From Eledone cirrhosa (Eukaryota), in NCBI GenBank assembly GCA_964016885.1, contig OZ024765.1, positions 14,818,001-14,882,000 of the forward strand: DNA of 64,000 nt, in the 5' to 3' direction. The position numbers were made by a program, and so were the translations under genes. Of this stretch, positions 45,011 to 59,215 are shown one piece after another (positions within the stretch are counted from its first letter, which is position 1; each line of letters opens with the position of its first letter). A model generated the notes under the pieces. It did not search any database and was not told the DNA's origin. It saw nothing but the letters and a program-made list of their open reading frames with translations.

Positions 45011-45179
45011 GATATATATGCATATATAGATATATAGATATATATGCATATATATACATCTATATATGCATATATATGCATCTATATATGTTGCTAGTCT
45101 TAACTCTCTAAAGCTGAAATGTTGTTTAACATTTGGTTATAAATATATATATATACACATATATATATATATGCTTCTG

Positions 45180-45210
<31 letters not shown>

Positions 45211-45226
45211 GCTTCTGTATATATAT

Positions 45227-45258
<32 letters not shown>

Positions 45259-45265
45259 AATGTAT

Positions 45266-45334
<69 letters not shown>

Positions 45335-45373
45335 AATATTTATAAATACATCTGATTGTATATATATATGCAG

Positions 45374-45535
<162 letters not shown>

Positions 45536-45857
45536 TCCATGTTAAGGAGCAGCAACAGTCTGGGATGGCATCAACACCAAGAACAACAACATCAACAATA
45601 AGTAAATCCAAAGAAAGATGAATGGAAAACAATGGGAGAATGGAAGACATTTTAGAAATGAAGAGATTAAAAAAAGGAAGGTATATATATATGCTACACA
45701 TATATATATAGTATATATGCATATATAAATGAATATACATATACATGTATATGCATACATATATACAAACGTATACCTACATATATACACATATATATTT
45801 ATATATACACATAATTAAACGTAAATGCATACACACATATGTACAAACACACACGTC

Positions 45858-45891
<34 letters not shown>

Positions 45892-45911
45892 TATTTGTGC
45901 GTGCGTGTATG

Positions 45912-45943
<32 letters not shown>

Positions 45944-45983
45944 CGTGTGTCTATTTATATATATATATACATATATACATGTA

Positions 45984-46055
<72 letters not shown>

Positions 46056-46107
46056 GAGCACTCTTCACTTCTATGACTTTTTCAATTTTCAACGCAAACT
46101 TCAATAC

Positions 46108-46170
<63 letters not shown>

Positions 46171-46171
46171 T

Positions 46172-46229
<58 letters not shown>

Positions 46230-46238
46230 GTGCATATA

Positions 46239-46283
<45 letters not shown>

Positions 46284-46744
46284 TATTATTATTATTTATA
46301 GTCACGTATATAACCACGATGCACACATTGGAATGAAATAACAAGCAGACGAACAAAACACAAACAAGAGCAATAGCAACACCACCACCGCCACTACCAA
46401 CACCACCACCACCACTACCACCACTACCACTACCAACAACAACACCACCAACACCACCACCAACCCCAACAACACCACCACCACCACCACTACTACTACC
46501 AACAACAACACCACCACCACCACCACCACCACTACCAACAAGAACATCAACACCACCACCACTACCGACAATAACACCACCACCACCACTACCAACAACA
46601 ACACCAACACCACCTCTACCAACAACACCAACAACACCAACAACAACAAAACCAACATGGCTACCAGAAAAGAGTGTAAAGATAATATATCAACTATTAA
46701 TATAAAATTCTGTAAAAAATAAATTAAATTCGCCTGTGGTGCTC

Positions 46745-47325
46745 GTGTTGTGGTTGTTATTGTTGTAGTGGTGTTGTGTTGGTGGTTGTGGGGTGGTGTT
46801 GGTGTTGTTGTAGTGGTGGTTGCGGTTGTGGTGGTGGTGTCGTGGTTGTTATTGTTGTAGTGGTGGTGGTGGTTGTGGGGTGTTGTTGGTGTTGTTGTAG
46901 TGGTGGTTGTGGTTGTGGTGGTGGTGTAGTGGTTGTTATTGTTGTAGTGGTGTTGTGTTGGTGGTTGTGGGGTGGTGTTGGTGTTGTTGTAGTGGTGGTT
47001 GCGGTTGTGGTGGTGGTGTCGTGGTTGTTATTGTTGTAGTGGTGGTGGTGGTTGTGGGGTGTTGTTGGTGTTGTTGTAGTGGTGGTTGTGGTTGTGGTGG
47101 TGGTGTAGTGGTTGTTATTGTTGTAGTGGTGTTGTGTTGGTGGTTGTGGGGTGGTGTTGGTGTTGTTGTAGTGGTGGTTGCGGTTGTGGTGGTGGTGTCG
47201 TGGTTGTTATTGTTGTAGTGGTGGTGGTGGTGGTTGTGGGGTGTTGTTGGTGTTGTTGTAGTGGTGGTTGTGGTTGTGGTGATGGTGTCGTGGTTGTTAT
47301 TGTTGTAGTGGTGGTGGTGGTGTGA
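46745..47325. repeat. GTT/GGT minisatellite with a 179-bp dimeric period
   Basis: ORFs with identical starts at 46907 and 47086; two alternating ~90-bp subunits. Confidence 0.85.
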
Positions 47326-47875
47326 GGTGATTGTGGGGTTTTGTTGGTGTTGTGGTGGTGGTTGTTGTGGTGGTGGTAGTGGTTGTTGTGGTGGTGTGGT
47401 GATGGTGATCCTGGTGGTGGTGGTGTTGTTGTTGTTGTGGTGGTGTTGTGGTGGTGGTTGTAGTATTGTTGTTGTTATGGTGGTGCTGGTGGTGCTGGTG
47501 GTGGTGGTGTTGTTGTTGTTGTTGTCGTGATTGTTGTTGTCGTGGTGGTGGTGTTGGTAGTGGTGGTGGTTCTAGTGGTGGTATAATGATGGTGGTGGTG
47601 GTGGTGTTAGCGGTGGTGTGTGGTGATGATGTTGTTGGTGTTGGTGTCACTCAGACAGAGGAGCAAATGCGCAATCACGCATACACTCACAGGAACACAC
47701 ATACACCCACAGAACCACGTACACAAACACACACACACACACACACACGTACACACACACACAAGCATACATAGACAAACATACACACACACAGAGAAAC
47801 CGCATATAACTATACAAGCAAACACGGGGGCGTGCACACGCACACATACAAGCACATAGACATACACACAGACAA

Positions 47876-47942
<67 letters not shown>

Positions 47943-47953
47943 CATATATATAT

Positions 47954-48015
<62 letters not shown>

Positions 48016-48298
48016 GTACATACACATATTGAGAAACTGACATCTCCCCATCCTCCATCCGCCCCTCACCTCTTCCACCCCCCAGCCCCCAACCTCATCC
48101 CGATCCCTGAAGCTGTTATTGAACCGAAAATATGATGCCACCCTAGCATCATGTCAGACCTCCAGTTCCTTCACTTTCGCTTATTCTCTCACATTCTATA
48201 TTCTTATTTCTTTCTGTCATTCTCCCCCCCCCCCCTCTCTCTCTCTCTTTCTCGTATTTTCATTTTTGCTCACTATAAACTCTTCGAAAATGTAGAGG

Positions 48299-48370
<72 letters not shown>

Positions 48371-48984
48371 AAAAGAATCAGGACCCCGACGGCAGAGCTC
48401 TGGTAATATGGAGAACAATATGGAAGGAAGAAGACGACGAGAAATATAATAATAATAAGAGAAGAGAAATACGAAGAAGAAGAAGAAGAAGAAGAAGAAG
48501 AAGAAGAAGAAGAAGAAGAAGAAGAAGAAGAAGAAAATATGACACAACAAACACAAAATAAAATAAAAATAAATCCAATCCAAAATGGCGGCATTGTTTT
48601 GTTAGCGAAATATCCTTTGTTTTATAAGCTTCACGTTAATAATTCAAATAAGCTGAAGAGATGGAGTTCTGTAGAACAATAGGCTGCATAATAGTTTAGC
48701 AATAGCTTCTCCCTACATGGTATTTGTCAGCATCATGTCATATCTTTCTATGGTGTTTCCTGAGATGTCTTTGGTGTTCTCTAAACAATGGACGGCCCTC
48801 AATAATATTCTTGTGTCTCCTGGTAACAGTTGTTTAATTATTGAAGCTGAGAATATTTAGACTTTACAATATGGCGGATGTGTATATATATATATATATA
48901 TAAATAGTTAAGTTATTCCGGGTTGAATCGGAGGTAACCAGAGTAAGTAAGGTACTCAATACGTAGCAGAGTATAACAGTTTTA

Positions 48985-49092
48985 ATATAGATGAAATTGT
49001 ACAGGACTAGAATTGTTTCATGCTTTTTAGAAATCATCATGAACCATGATGATTTATAAAGAATGAAACAGTTCTAGTCCTGTAGAATCTCA

Positions 49093-49100
<8 letters not shown>
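48985..49100. repeat. Imperfect fold-back in a (TA)n-flanked element (~48905-49100); related fragment at ~58905-58930
   Basis: TATAGATGA..CAGGACTAGAATTGTTTCAT..AAATCATCATG pairs with CATGATGATTT..ATGAAACAGTTCTAGTCCTG..TCATCTATA. Confidence 0.8.
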
Positions 49101-49129
<29 letters not shown>

Positions 49130-49131
<2 letters not shown>

Positions 49132-49302
49132 CGAAGGAATTGTGGTAAGGAATCAGATGGACCATAACGCACCAGAGGACTCAATACTTAGGGTAGTAGA
49201 GTGGGTAATAGGAAAAGGTATGACCCCGACGGCAGAGATCAAGCGTCCAGAAATATCTGTCGAAGCGGCTTGAGCACTGCCGTCGGGGTCATACCTTTTC
49301 CC
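49130..49302. mobile_element. Fold-back copy of the ~140-nt family
   Basis: GGAAAAGGTATGACCCCGACGGCAG pairs with CTGCCGTCGGGGTCATACCTTTTCC; inversion begins at GTCCAGAAAT (49245). Confidence 0.85.
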
Positions 49303-49688
49303 ATATATATATATATATATGAACAACTGCAGCAACAACAACAACAGTAACAACAATAACAGCAGCAAGATCAACAGAAACAACAACAGCAAAAGCAACA
49401 ACAACAGCAACATCATCAACAACAACAGGAGATACAGTAACAACAACTGCAACAACAACAACAGTAACAGCAACAACGATATGGGTAGCAGAAAGTCGAT
49501 GCAGCAGCTGTTACAGTAACAACAACAGCAACAACAACAACAGTATCAACAGTAAGAACAAAAATACAACACCAAAAGCTAGCCACACACTCTCACACAC
49601 ACACTCACACACACACTCTCTCTCTCTCTCTCTCTCTCACACACACCCCTCTCTCTCTCTCACACACACACACACTCTCACACACACC

Positions 49689-49719
<31 letters not shown>

Positions 49720-49856
49720 TCTCTCTCTCTCTCTCTCTCACACACACCCTCTCTGTCTCTCTCACACACACACACTCTCACACACACTCTCTCTCTCTCT
49801 CTCACACCCACCCCCACACACACATACTCTCTCTCACTCTCTTTCTCTCTCACACA

Positions 49857-49887
<31 letters not shown>

Positions 49888-49888
49888 A

Positions 49889-49923
<35 letters not shown>

Positions 49924-49929
49924 GCGCGC

Positions 49930-49970
<41 letters not shown>

Positions 49971-50035
49971 TATGAGAGACAGAGAGAGGAAAATAGGTAG
50001 AGAGAAGCGAAGAGGGGAGACATAGAGAGAGAGAA

Positions 50036-50088
<53 letters not shown>

Positions 50089-50353
50089 GAGAGATAGATA
50101 GAGAGGGAGAGAGAGAGAGAGAGACACCGATAAATAGACAGACATAGAGGAAGAGAGAGAGATAGAGAGGGAGAGAGAGAAAGAGGGAGATAGATAGACA
50201 GACAGAGAGGAGGAGAGATAGAGGAGATAGAGAGAGAGACAGCGATATATAGACAGACAGAGAAGAAGAGAGATAGATAGAGAGGGAGAGAGAGAAAGAG
50301 AGAGAGAGAGACAGCGATAGATAGACAGATAGAGAGGAAGAGAAATAGATAGA

Positions 50354-50384
<31 letters not shown>

Positions 50385-50777
50385 CGATAGATAGACATAC
50401 TGAGAGGAGGAGAGATAGATAGATAGATAGAGACAGATAGATAGAGAGAGAGAGAGGGGGGAGAGAGAGAGGGGGAGAGAGAGAGAGGTTGAAATAAATA
50501 TTTAAAATGGTGGAATACGGAAATAGGAAAGAAGAAGCAGAAGAGAAGAAGAAGTCTAAAAAGAAGAAGAAGCAGAGGAAGAAGGAAAAGTAGAAGAAGA
50601 AGAAGAAGAAGAAGAAGAAGAGCGAGGAGAGAGGAAAAAGAAGTTAAAACAATAACATTAACACCACCAACAACAACAAAAACATTAACAACAACAATAA
50701 CGTCAATAAACAGAATCATGATAAAAGACCGGAAACCGGAAATAAAATTTAACAGATTATTCAAACGCCGCGACATG

Positions 50778-50836
<59 letters not shown>

Positions 50837-50854
50837 TGTGTGTGTGTGTATGCA

Positions 50855-51084
50855 TGTACAGGCATTGCTTTATATCTGGAGATCTCTCTGCACTTGTCAT
50901 CACATGGAACCATGGGCCCGGCCCAGCACTATGTGTCAGTAATTGTCACAAGTGTAGTGTCTGTACCAGAGTTTTCAAGTCGCTGGCTGGACTAAAAAGT
51001 CACACTCGTTCAGCGCATCGGTAGGGGTTCTCCTACATGGATATAAAGTAGTGGCCGTACTCGAAAACGAGTTGGCAGCCACCA
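50855..51084 (+). mobile_element. Second copy of the RTE-derived 3' end with C2H2 finger
   Basis: Near-identical to 20238-20460; encodes CHKCSVCTRVFKSLAGLKSHTRSAHR*; (TATG)n tail. Confidence 0.8.
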
Positions 51085-51344
51085 TGTATGTGTGTATGTA
51101 TGTATGTATGTATGTATGTATGTATGTATGTATGTATGTATGTATGTATGTATGTATGTATGTGTGTATGTGTGTATGGCGTCTATATGTGAGTTTGAAT
51201 GTATGTGTGTATGTATGTTTGGCTGTCTACGTACGTATGTAAGTATGTGTGTATTTGTGTATTTGTGTATGTATGTATGTATGTATGTATGTATGTATGT
51301 ATGTATGTATGTATGTGTCTATGTATGTATGTATGTATGCATGT

Positions 51345-51928
51345 ATGTATGTATGTTCTTCTGGTTTTATAATTTCACCAAGTTTTACCAATAGAGAGAG
51401 AGTCGGTTTCTAACATAGACACAAGACTCTCTCATTGAAATTTACACGACATCAACTAGGTAGGTATGTATGCATGACTGCATGCATGCACATGTGTGTG
51501 CAGTTATGGATGTTATTGTATGTGTGGATGTGTCAGGACCGTCTTAATGCATGGGCACGCTGGGCAGTTGCCCGGGGGTCCCATTTGTATGTTTATTCCT
51601 GTGAGTGGTTGTGTAGGTAGGGGCCCCAGTGCTTTGCCTTGCCCCAGGGCCTATAATCCTGTTAAGAGGGCCCTGGGCTGTGTATGTTTTGAGTTGTATG
51701 TGTGCATGTGTATACGCTTTGTATCTGTACATGTGTATATGCAGTTATTAGATGCAGAATTTTTGGAATGTTTTACATATTTTTACTGTTCCATCAATGG
51801 TTTGTACTTGTAATTTCCTAAATAGTTGTGTTGCTTCTGTTCCTGTGAAGCCCAGCTTCTCAAGATTTGTATTGAGACAGTTACTAACATATCCCAGTGC
51901 CCCAATAATCACAGGTATAAATCTGAAC
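51345..51928 (-). mobile_element. 3' end of an R4/Dong-like RLE retrotransposon (inverted relative to 52140-52785)
   Basis: Minus strand encodes FRFIPVIIGALGYVSNCLNTNLEKLGF..LQVQTIDGTVKICKTF, plus a shared 3' UTR. Confidence 0.85.
51534..51675. mobile_element. 142-bp hAT-type MITE with 8-bp target site duplication
   Basis: TIRs CAGGACCGTCTTAA / TTAAGAGGGCCCTG; flanks GGATGTGT / GGCTGTGT; the paralogous arm (~52607-52615) has a single empty site. Confidence 0.85.
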
Positions 51929-51944
51929 GCATAGTCAGGGTTTG

Positions 51945-52085
51945 AGCCCCTACACGGACACACTGGAAGAGGGAGCCCGAGTTTGACATATGTTGATGCC
52001 CTAAGGACAGACACTGGTCTCTGGGAAACGCAGGACGTGATGGCGATGATGAAGGACAAAGACCGCTGGAGAGAACTCGTCCATG
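51945..52085 (+). mobile_element. RTE-clade LINE C-terminal fragment
   Basis: Encodes HGHTGRGSPSLTYVDALRTDTGLWETQDVMAMMKDKDRWRELV (GRP..Y.D.L..D..M.DR..W pattern). Confidence 0.7.
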
Positions 52086-52139
52086 GATCTCGGGAATTTT
52101 ACCCGCCCTTGATACAAACATACTTACATGCATACCATA

Positions 52140-52785
52140 CAATATAATATGAAAGAGTACTGGTGGAATGTTCCAGTAAAAACCCCAATAAAATGCAGGT
52201 ATATCAGACCATATATAATGATATAGGACAGGGAAAAGAAGGCATGCACAGTAGTGGAAGTTAACTGCCCTGCAGATGCCAATATAATATCAAAGATTAG
52301 TGAAAAGGAGAATATTTATGCAGAACTGATGAGAAATCTACAGATACTCCACCCTGATTAAACCTTCAGATTTATGCCTGTGATTATTGGGCGCTGAGAT
52401 ATGTTAGTAACTGCCTCAATACAAATCTTGAGAAGCTGGGCTTCACAGGAACAGAGATAACAAAACTAGTTAGGACATTACAAGTATAATCCATTAATGG
52501 AACAGTAAAAATATGTAAAACATTCCAAACATTCTGCACCTAATGACTTCATATACATATGTACACATAAAAAACATATACGCACGCACACATACAAACT
52601 CATAACATACACATCCACACATACAATGACATCCATATCTACATACATACACATGCATGCATACATATCTACCTAATTGATGTTGTGTAAATTCCAATGA
52701 GAGAGTCTTGTGTCTATGTTAGAAACCGACTCTCTCTCTATTGGTAATACTTTGTGAAATTATAAAACCAGAAGAACATACATAC
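52140..52785 (+). pseudogene. RLE domain and 3' UTR of an R4/Dong-like retrotransposon
   Basis: YWWNVPVKT..YIRP.IMI..CTVVEVNCPAD..EKENIYAEL..FRFMPVIIGAL with stops; ends in (TACA)n. Confidence 0.85.
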
Positions 52786-52952
52786 ATATATACATATATA
52801 TATATACATACATAGATAAATACATACATATATACATAGATATATACATACATAGATATATACATACATACATACATACATACATACATACATACATACA
52901 TAGATATATAGATACATACATAGATAAATACATACATATATACAAAGATATA

Positions 52953-52988
<36 letters not shown>

Positions 52989-54143
52989 TACATAGATATA
53001 TACATACATATATACATAGATATATACATACATATATACATAGATATATACATAGATATATACATACATATATACATAGATATATATACATACATAGATA
53101 AATACATACATATATACATACTACCATACATATATACAAAGATATATACATACATATAGATATATATACATACATAGATATATACATACATACATAGATA
53201 TATACATACATACATATATACATAGATATATACATACATAGATATATACATACATATATCCATAGATATATACATACATAGATATATACATAGATATATA
53301 CATACATATATACATACATAGATATATACATAGATATATACATACATATATACATAGATATATATACATACATAGATATATACATCCATATATGCATAGA
53401 TGTATATACATACATATATACATACATATATACATAGATATATATACATACATAGATATATACATAGATATATATACATACATAGATATATACATACATA
53501 TATACATACATAGATATATACATACATATATCCATAAATATATACATACATAGATATATACATACATAGATATATACATACATATATACATAGATATATA
53601 CATACATATATATATACATGCATACATACATATATACATACATACATACATACATATATACATAGATATATACATACATAGATATATACATACATAGATA
53701 TATATACATACATAGATATATACATACATAGATATATATATATATACATACATAGATATATACATACATACATAGATATATATACATACATACATAGATA
53801 TATATACATACATACATAGATATATACGTACATAGATATATACATAGATATATACATACATACATATATACATAGATATATACATTAGGTGTGTTAGCTG
53901 TAGTTGTGTGAGAGACAGCATCAAGAAGAGATCGATTTGGTGACAGTAGTTGCGATGTGTTGTGTGGGGTTTAGGGTGACAGGGGTGTGTTGGAAGACAT
54001 GTTCTCGTACACGATCCCTTTGTCTTAAGTGCAACAAGCAAACTACATGCACGCACGTGTCCATAGAGACGACGCATGCGCACACAGAACCATACGCCTA
54101 TATATATATAGAGAAAAAAACAAAGGTGCGCACACCCACACAC

Positions 54144-54177
<34 letters not shown>

Positions 54178-54181
<4 letters not shown>

Positions 54182-54602
54182 GATATTAAATAAATGGAAA
54201 CTATATTTATAAAACCATATTTATTTCACTATACATATTTCAGGGATACCAAATTAAAATATGGTAGGCCTTCATCATATAAAATACAATATATAAACAG
54301 TTTTATAAATAATTTTGACGTACCTTATTAGATGCAACCATTATTTTTGGAAGCATAATGGTTGCATCTAATAGGATACGTCAAAATTATTTATAAAACT
54401 GTTTATATATTGTATTTTATCTGATGAAGGCATACCATATTTTAATTTGGTATCCCTGAAATATGTATAGTGAAATAAATATGGTTTTATAAATATAGTT
54501 TCCATTTATTTAATATCGTATATCGAACTCCAAAAACTTGTCGAGTGCTTTATATCAGTTATAAAATATTTACTTGTTGTATCCCAACAATTTTAAATAG
54601 AA
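54178..54602. mobile_element. Penelope-like fold-back element with ~165-bp near-perfect arms (54178-54343 and 54355-54522)
   Basis: Arms meet at GCAACCATTAT-TTTTGGAAGC-ATAATGGTTGC; left-arm hammerhead (54224-54284, minus) has ATGATGA instead of CTGATGA; flanked by (TA)n. Confidence 0.8.
54415..54475 (+). ncRNA. Type I hammerhead ribozyme
   Basis: TTTTAT-CTGATGA(54421)-aggcatacca/tggtatccct-GAAA(54458)-TATGTA-TA-GTGAAA; stem I kept by G-U pairs. Confidence 0.85.
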
Positions 54603-54991
54603 CTTTTTCATATATATATATATATATATGTAGGAGGTGAGTTTTATTGTAGTACAATAAAGCAATGCAACTTTTAATTTCAAATTCTTTTAAATTATTT
54701 ATTATCTTCCAACGGCTTTTTTAACTTCTCTCTGTGAGACAATATATGTTTTTCTCAGTTGTTAAGGCTATCTCTCTCTATCACCCATCTCTCCTCCTCT
54801 CTCATCCATCCTTCTTATACTACTCCCCCACCATTCTCTACTTTCATCTGCTCCTCTTTCTCACCTTTTCCAAACGCCCACCCCCTCACTTTTTCCCAAC
54901 ATCACACATCAAACTTAAATTATTTTTCATATGTTGATTTAAAACTTCACTATTCACAAGTGTTTTTTAACCTTCATATCATGTATCCCTA

Positions 54992-55058
54992 TTTTATCTG
55001 ATGAAAACATAGATATCATCTCATGATGATATTTATTTTTGAAATGCGTATAATAAAA
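54992..55058 (+). ncRNA. Type I hammerhead ribozyme with a 16-pair stem II
   Basis: TTTTAT-CTGATGA(54998)-aaacatagatatcatc/gatgatatttattttt-GAAA(55041)-TGCGTA-TA-ATAAAA. Confidence 0.85.
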
Positions 55059-55088
55059 TACTTGGAACTCTTTTAACCATCTTTTCAT

Positions 55089-55154
<66 letters not shown>

Positions 55155-56192
55155 TGTATCATTAGCCTAAATATAACATGAAGGCACGCGTTCTCGTACG
55201 TATATCTCTCTATATATATTCCACTGATGGGGCATTGCATTTACTGTACCGCTTCCACCACCACCACCACCACCACCACCATCACCACCACCACCACCAC
55301 CACCACCACCACCACCACCACCACGTCCACCACCACCACCGCCACCACCACCACCACGACGACGACACAGGAGAAGGTCAGTGAGTGCAGTGCTATTCTA
55401 ATCGCTGCAAGAACGTACCATTTCCTTCTCACACACACACACACACACAAATGCAGACACACACACACTCACAAACACATACAGACACCCGCACACACAC
55501 ACACTCACAAACACACACATACACACACCCACCCACACAAATGCACACACACACACACACACTCACAAACACACACACACCAACACGCACACACTCACAC
55601 ACACACTCACACACACACACGCACACACAGATACGCGTGCACATTCTGACACACTCTAACATAATCATACATACATACACACACACACACTCATTCTGAC
55701 AAACTCTCATATAATCATACGTACACAACGAGTCACACACACACACACACACACTTATAGTCACACACACACACAGAACCACACACGTTCAGTCACACAC
55801 ACACACATAACCACACACTTTCAGTCACACACACACCGGCACACTCTAACATACACATACATACATATAGTCACACACACTCTCACATAGTTATTCATAC
55901 ACACACACACACACATACACCCACACACATTCTGACACACTGTCACATAGTCAAACACACACAGAGTCACACACACACACACTCTCAAATAGTCACACAA
56001 ACACACATTCACACACAGAGTCAAGTGAGAGTAGACACACATACACTTATACATATACATACACCATCACACATACACACACACATACACACACATACAC
56101 ACGCACACAAGAACCCACGCAGACAAACAGACAAAGCACACACACAAAACAACCCACGTAGAAAACACATACATATATATATGTATATATAT

Positions 56193-56227
<35 letters not shown>

Positions 56228-56471
56228 CACACAACTTTCAAAAGAGCACCATTGTATAGATTCCATTGTTTTATCACGTGTTAGCTGGCGGCACTGGACA
56301 GAGTGGGTGGTGTGGTGTAGGAACGCTGTCGTGAGGCGGTGCAGAGGTCACAGGACGGCCTCATTGATTGTATAAGCAAAATGGATCTCCGTCGGTAGAC
56401 GATAGCGCTCTCTCTTGGATCAATATCATAACTTGCGTTTATGTATATAAGGCTATCGACCTAACTATCTA

Positions 56472-56671
56472 TCTATATAATACTAAAACTCTCTGCTTGC
56501 TTGTCTGTAACGTAATACAGCCAAAAGGGTGCATGATGGGAAAATACTTTGAAAGGAAGTTGACCCTGAAATGGGTATCCAAATGGAATAAAACAAGTTT
56601 CGCATAAATCGAAGCACGGGTTCCCGAGATAAGGAGTCTTTCTGGTTACCTTCAGAGAGAGAGAGAGTCAT

Positions 56672-56710
<39 letters not shown>

Positions 56711-57138
56711 TAGAGACGGATAGAGAGAATGAGATAGTGGCTGTGAGAGAGTAGATTGAAAGAGAGGCATAGTGAGGGAAAGGAGACAGAGAAGGAGAAT
56801 GGAAGAGATAGAAAGAGAGAGAGAGAGCTGGTGGTGGTGTTGTGTATCTATATATGTGAGTGTGTGTGTGTATTTATATATATGTGTGTATATCTGTGTG
56901 TGTGTCTATGACCAGTGTATATAGATCACAGACACCCATATATATATATATATACACACACAAATACACATATATATATGTATACAAACACACATTTATA
57001 TATATACATACACATACGTATATATATATATATATATAAGGGCCTTCCAGTTTCATTTCACTTCATATACATGTCTGAGTATATTTTAATTATTTAAAAA
57101 TTATTTTTAAGTGACCCAACGGGTCACAGGTGGTCTAG
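56472..57138 (+). mobile_element. Non-autonomous Helitron carrying internal microsatellites
   Basis: A|TCTATATAATACTAAAA 5' end; GTGACCC-AAC-GGGTCAC hairpin (57111-57127), then CTAG|T (57135-57139). Confidence 0.7.
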
Positions 57139-57169
57139 TGTTAATAACATTAGTTTACATGTAACCGTC

Positions 57170-58488
57170 TCCTTGGCCCTAGTACCACCTCCCTACTCAC
57201 CACCATTGGCACAGAGTTGGCTACCTGCAGCAGTGGAGACTTCTGGTGTCCTTGGTCCTAGGACTACCTCCCTTTTCACCACCATCACCACAGAGTTGGC
57301 TACCTGCAGCAGTGGAGGCTTCTGGTGTCCTTGGCCCTAGGACCACCACCCTACTCACTACCATTGGCACAGAGTTGGCTACCTGCAGCAGTGGAGACTT
57401 CTGGTGTCCTTGGCCCTAGGACCACCTCCCTACTCACCACCATCACCACAGATTTGGCTACCTGCAGCAGTGGAGACTTCTGGTTTCTTTGGCCCTAGGA
57501 CCACCTCCCTACTCATCACCATCACCACAGAGTTGGCTACCTGCAGCAGTGGAGACTTCTGGTGTCTTTGGCCCTAGGACCACCTCCCTACTCATCACCA
57601 TCACCACAGAGTTGGCTACCTGCAGCAGTGGAGACTTCTGGTGTCCTTGGCCCTAGGACCACCTCCCTACTCACCACAGTAATGACTACCTGTAGCAGTG
57701 GAGGCTTCTCGTGTTCTTGACCCTAGGACCACCTCCCTACTCATCACCATCACCACAGAGTTGGCTACCTGCAGCAGTGGAGACTTCTGGTGTCCTTGGC
57801 CCTAGGACCACCTCCCTACTCACCACCATCACCACAGATTTGGCTACCTGTAGCAGTGGAGACTTCTGGGATTATTGGTCCTAGGACCACCTCCACACTC
57901 ACCACTATCGGTACAGAGTTGGCTACCTGTAGCAGTGGAGACTTCTGGGATTATTGGTCCTAGGACCACCTCCACACTCACCACTATCGGTACAGAGTTG
58001 GCTACCTGTAGCAGTGGAGACTTCTGGGATTATTGGTCCTAGGACCACCTCCACACTCACCACTATCGGTACAGAGTTGGCTACCTGTAGCAGTGGAGAC
58101 TTCTGGGATTATTGGTCCTAGGACCACCTCCACACTCACCACTATCGGTACAGAGTTGGCTACCTGTAACAGTGGAGACTTCTGGGATTATTGGTCCTAG
58201 GACCACCTCCACACTCACCACTATCGGTACAGAGTTGGCTACCTGTAGCAGTGGAGACTTCTGGGATTATTGGTCCTAGGACCACCTCCACACTCACCAC
58301 TATCGGTACAGAGTTGGCTACCTGTAACAGTGGAGACTTCTGGGATTATTGGTCCTAGGACCACCTCCACACTCACCACTATCGGTACAGAGTTGGCTAC
58401 CTGTAGCAGTGGAGACTTCTGGGATTATTGGTCCTAGGACCACCTCCACACTCACCACTATCGGTACAGAGTTGGCTACCTGTAGCAG
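57170..58488 (+). repeat. 79-bp tandem array, ~17 units, two subtypes
   Basis: GGTCCTAGGACC recurs at 79-bp spacing (57877, 57956, ...); variable units 57170-57850, homogeneous units 57850-58488. Confidence 0.97.
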
Positions 58489-58726
58489 TAGAGAATTCTG
58501 TGCGAGAATGGGAGGTCATAAAAGACATATGAGAATACACAGTCAGAACCAAGCAGTGGAAAGTCCTAAAGTAGCCTACAGTTTGCCATGTATGTACCTG
58601 GAGGGGGAAAGTGTTTGGCCCGTTTAAAGAGCCACATCCGTGCCTCACATTAGAACATTTTATCAGGGATGGCATTGCCCGAACCTGAGTTTGCGGCCAT
58701 CATGCATGTATGTATGTATATATATT

Positions 58727-58806
<80 letters not shown>

Positions 58807-58956
58807 TGTGTGTGTGTGCATGTGTGTGTGTGTGTGGATTCTCGATATTATATACTCAATAAGATAGAAAACTATAGACATATTTATTTTATTATAGAAA
58901 TAACTTCTACAGGACAAGAATTGTTTCATTTCTAAGACTTTCTTTAATAATAATAA

Positions 58957-59143
58957 TTGTTTCTACTTTAGGCACAAGGCCAGCAAATTACCCAGTGCAT
59001 TACTGGTACTTTATTTTATCGACCCCGTAAGGATGAAAGGCAAAGTCAACCTCGGCGGGATTTGAACTCAGATCGTAAAGGGACGTAACTATGCTGGAAA
59101 GCATGGCGTCCGACCCTCTACCGATACTGCCAATCCACCGCCC
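58957..59143 (-). mobile_element. Full-length young tRNA-SINE with apparent target site duplication
   Basis: Intact A box, B box and core; TTAATAATAATAAT on both sides. Confidence 0.93.
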
Positions 59144-59179
59144 TTAATAATAATAATGAGAATAACAACAACAATTATT

Positions 59180-59215
<36 letters not shown>

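Noticed and set aside
55227-55382. Poly-Thr or poly-His mini-exon ending at AAG|GTCAGT
   Set aside because: Plausible donor, but no upstream acceptor is visible and the body is (CCA)n.
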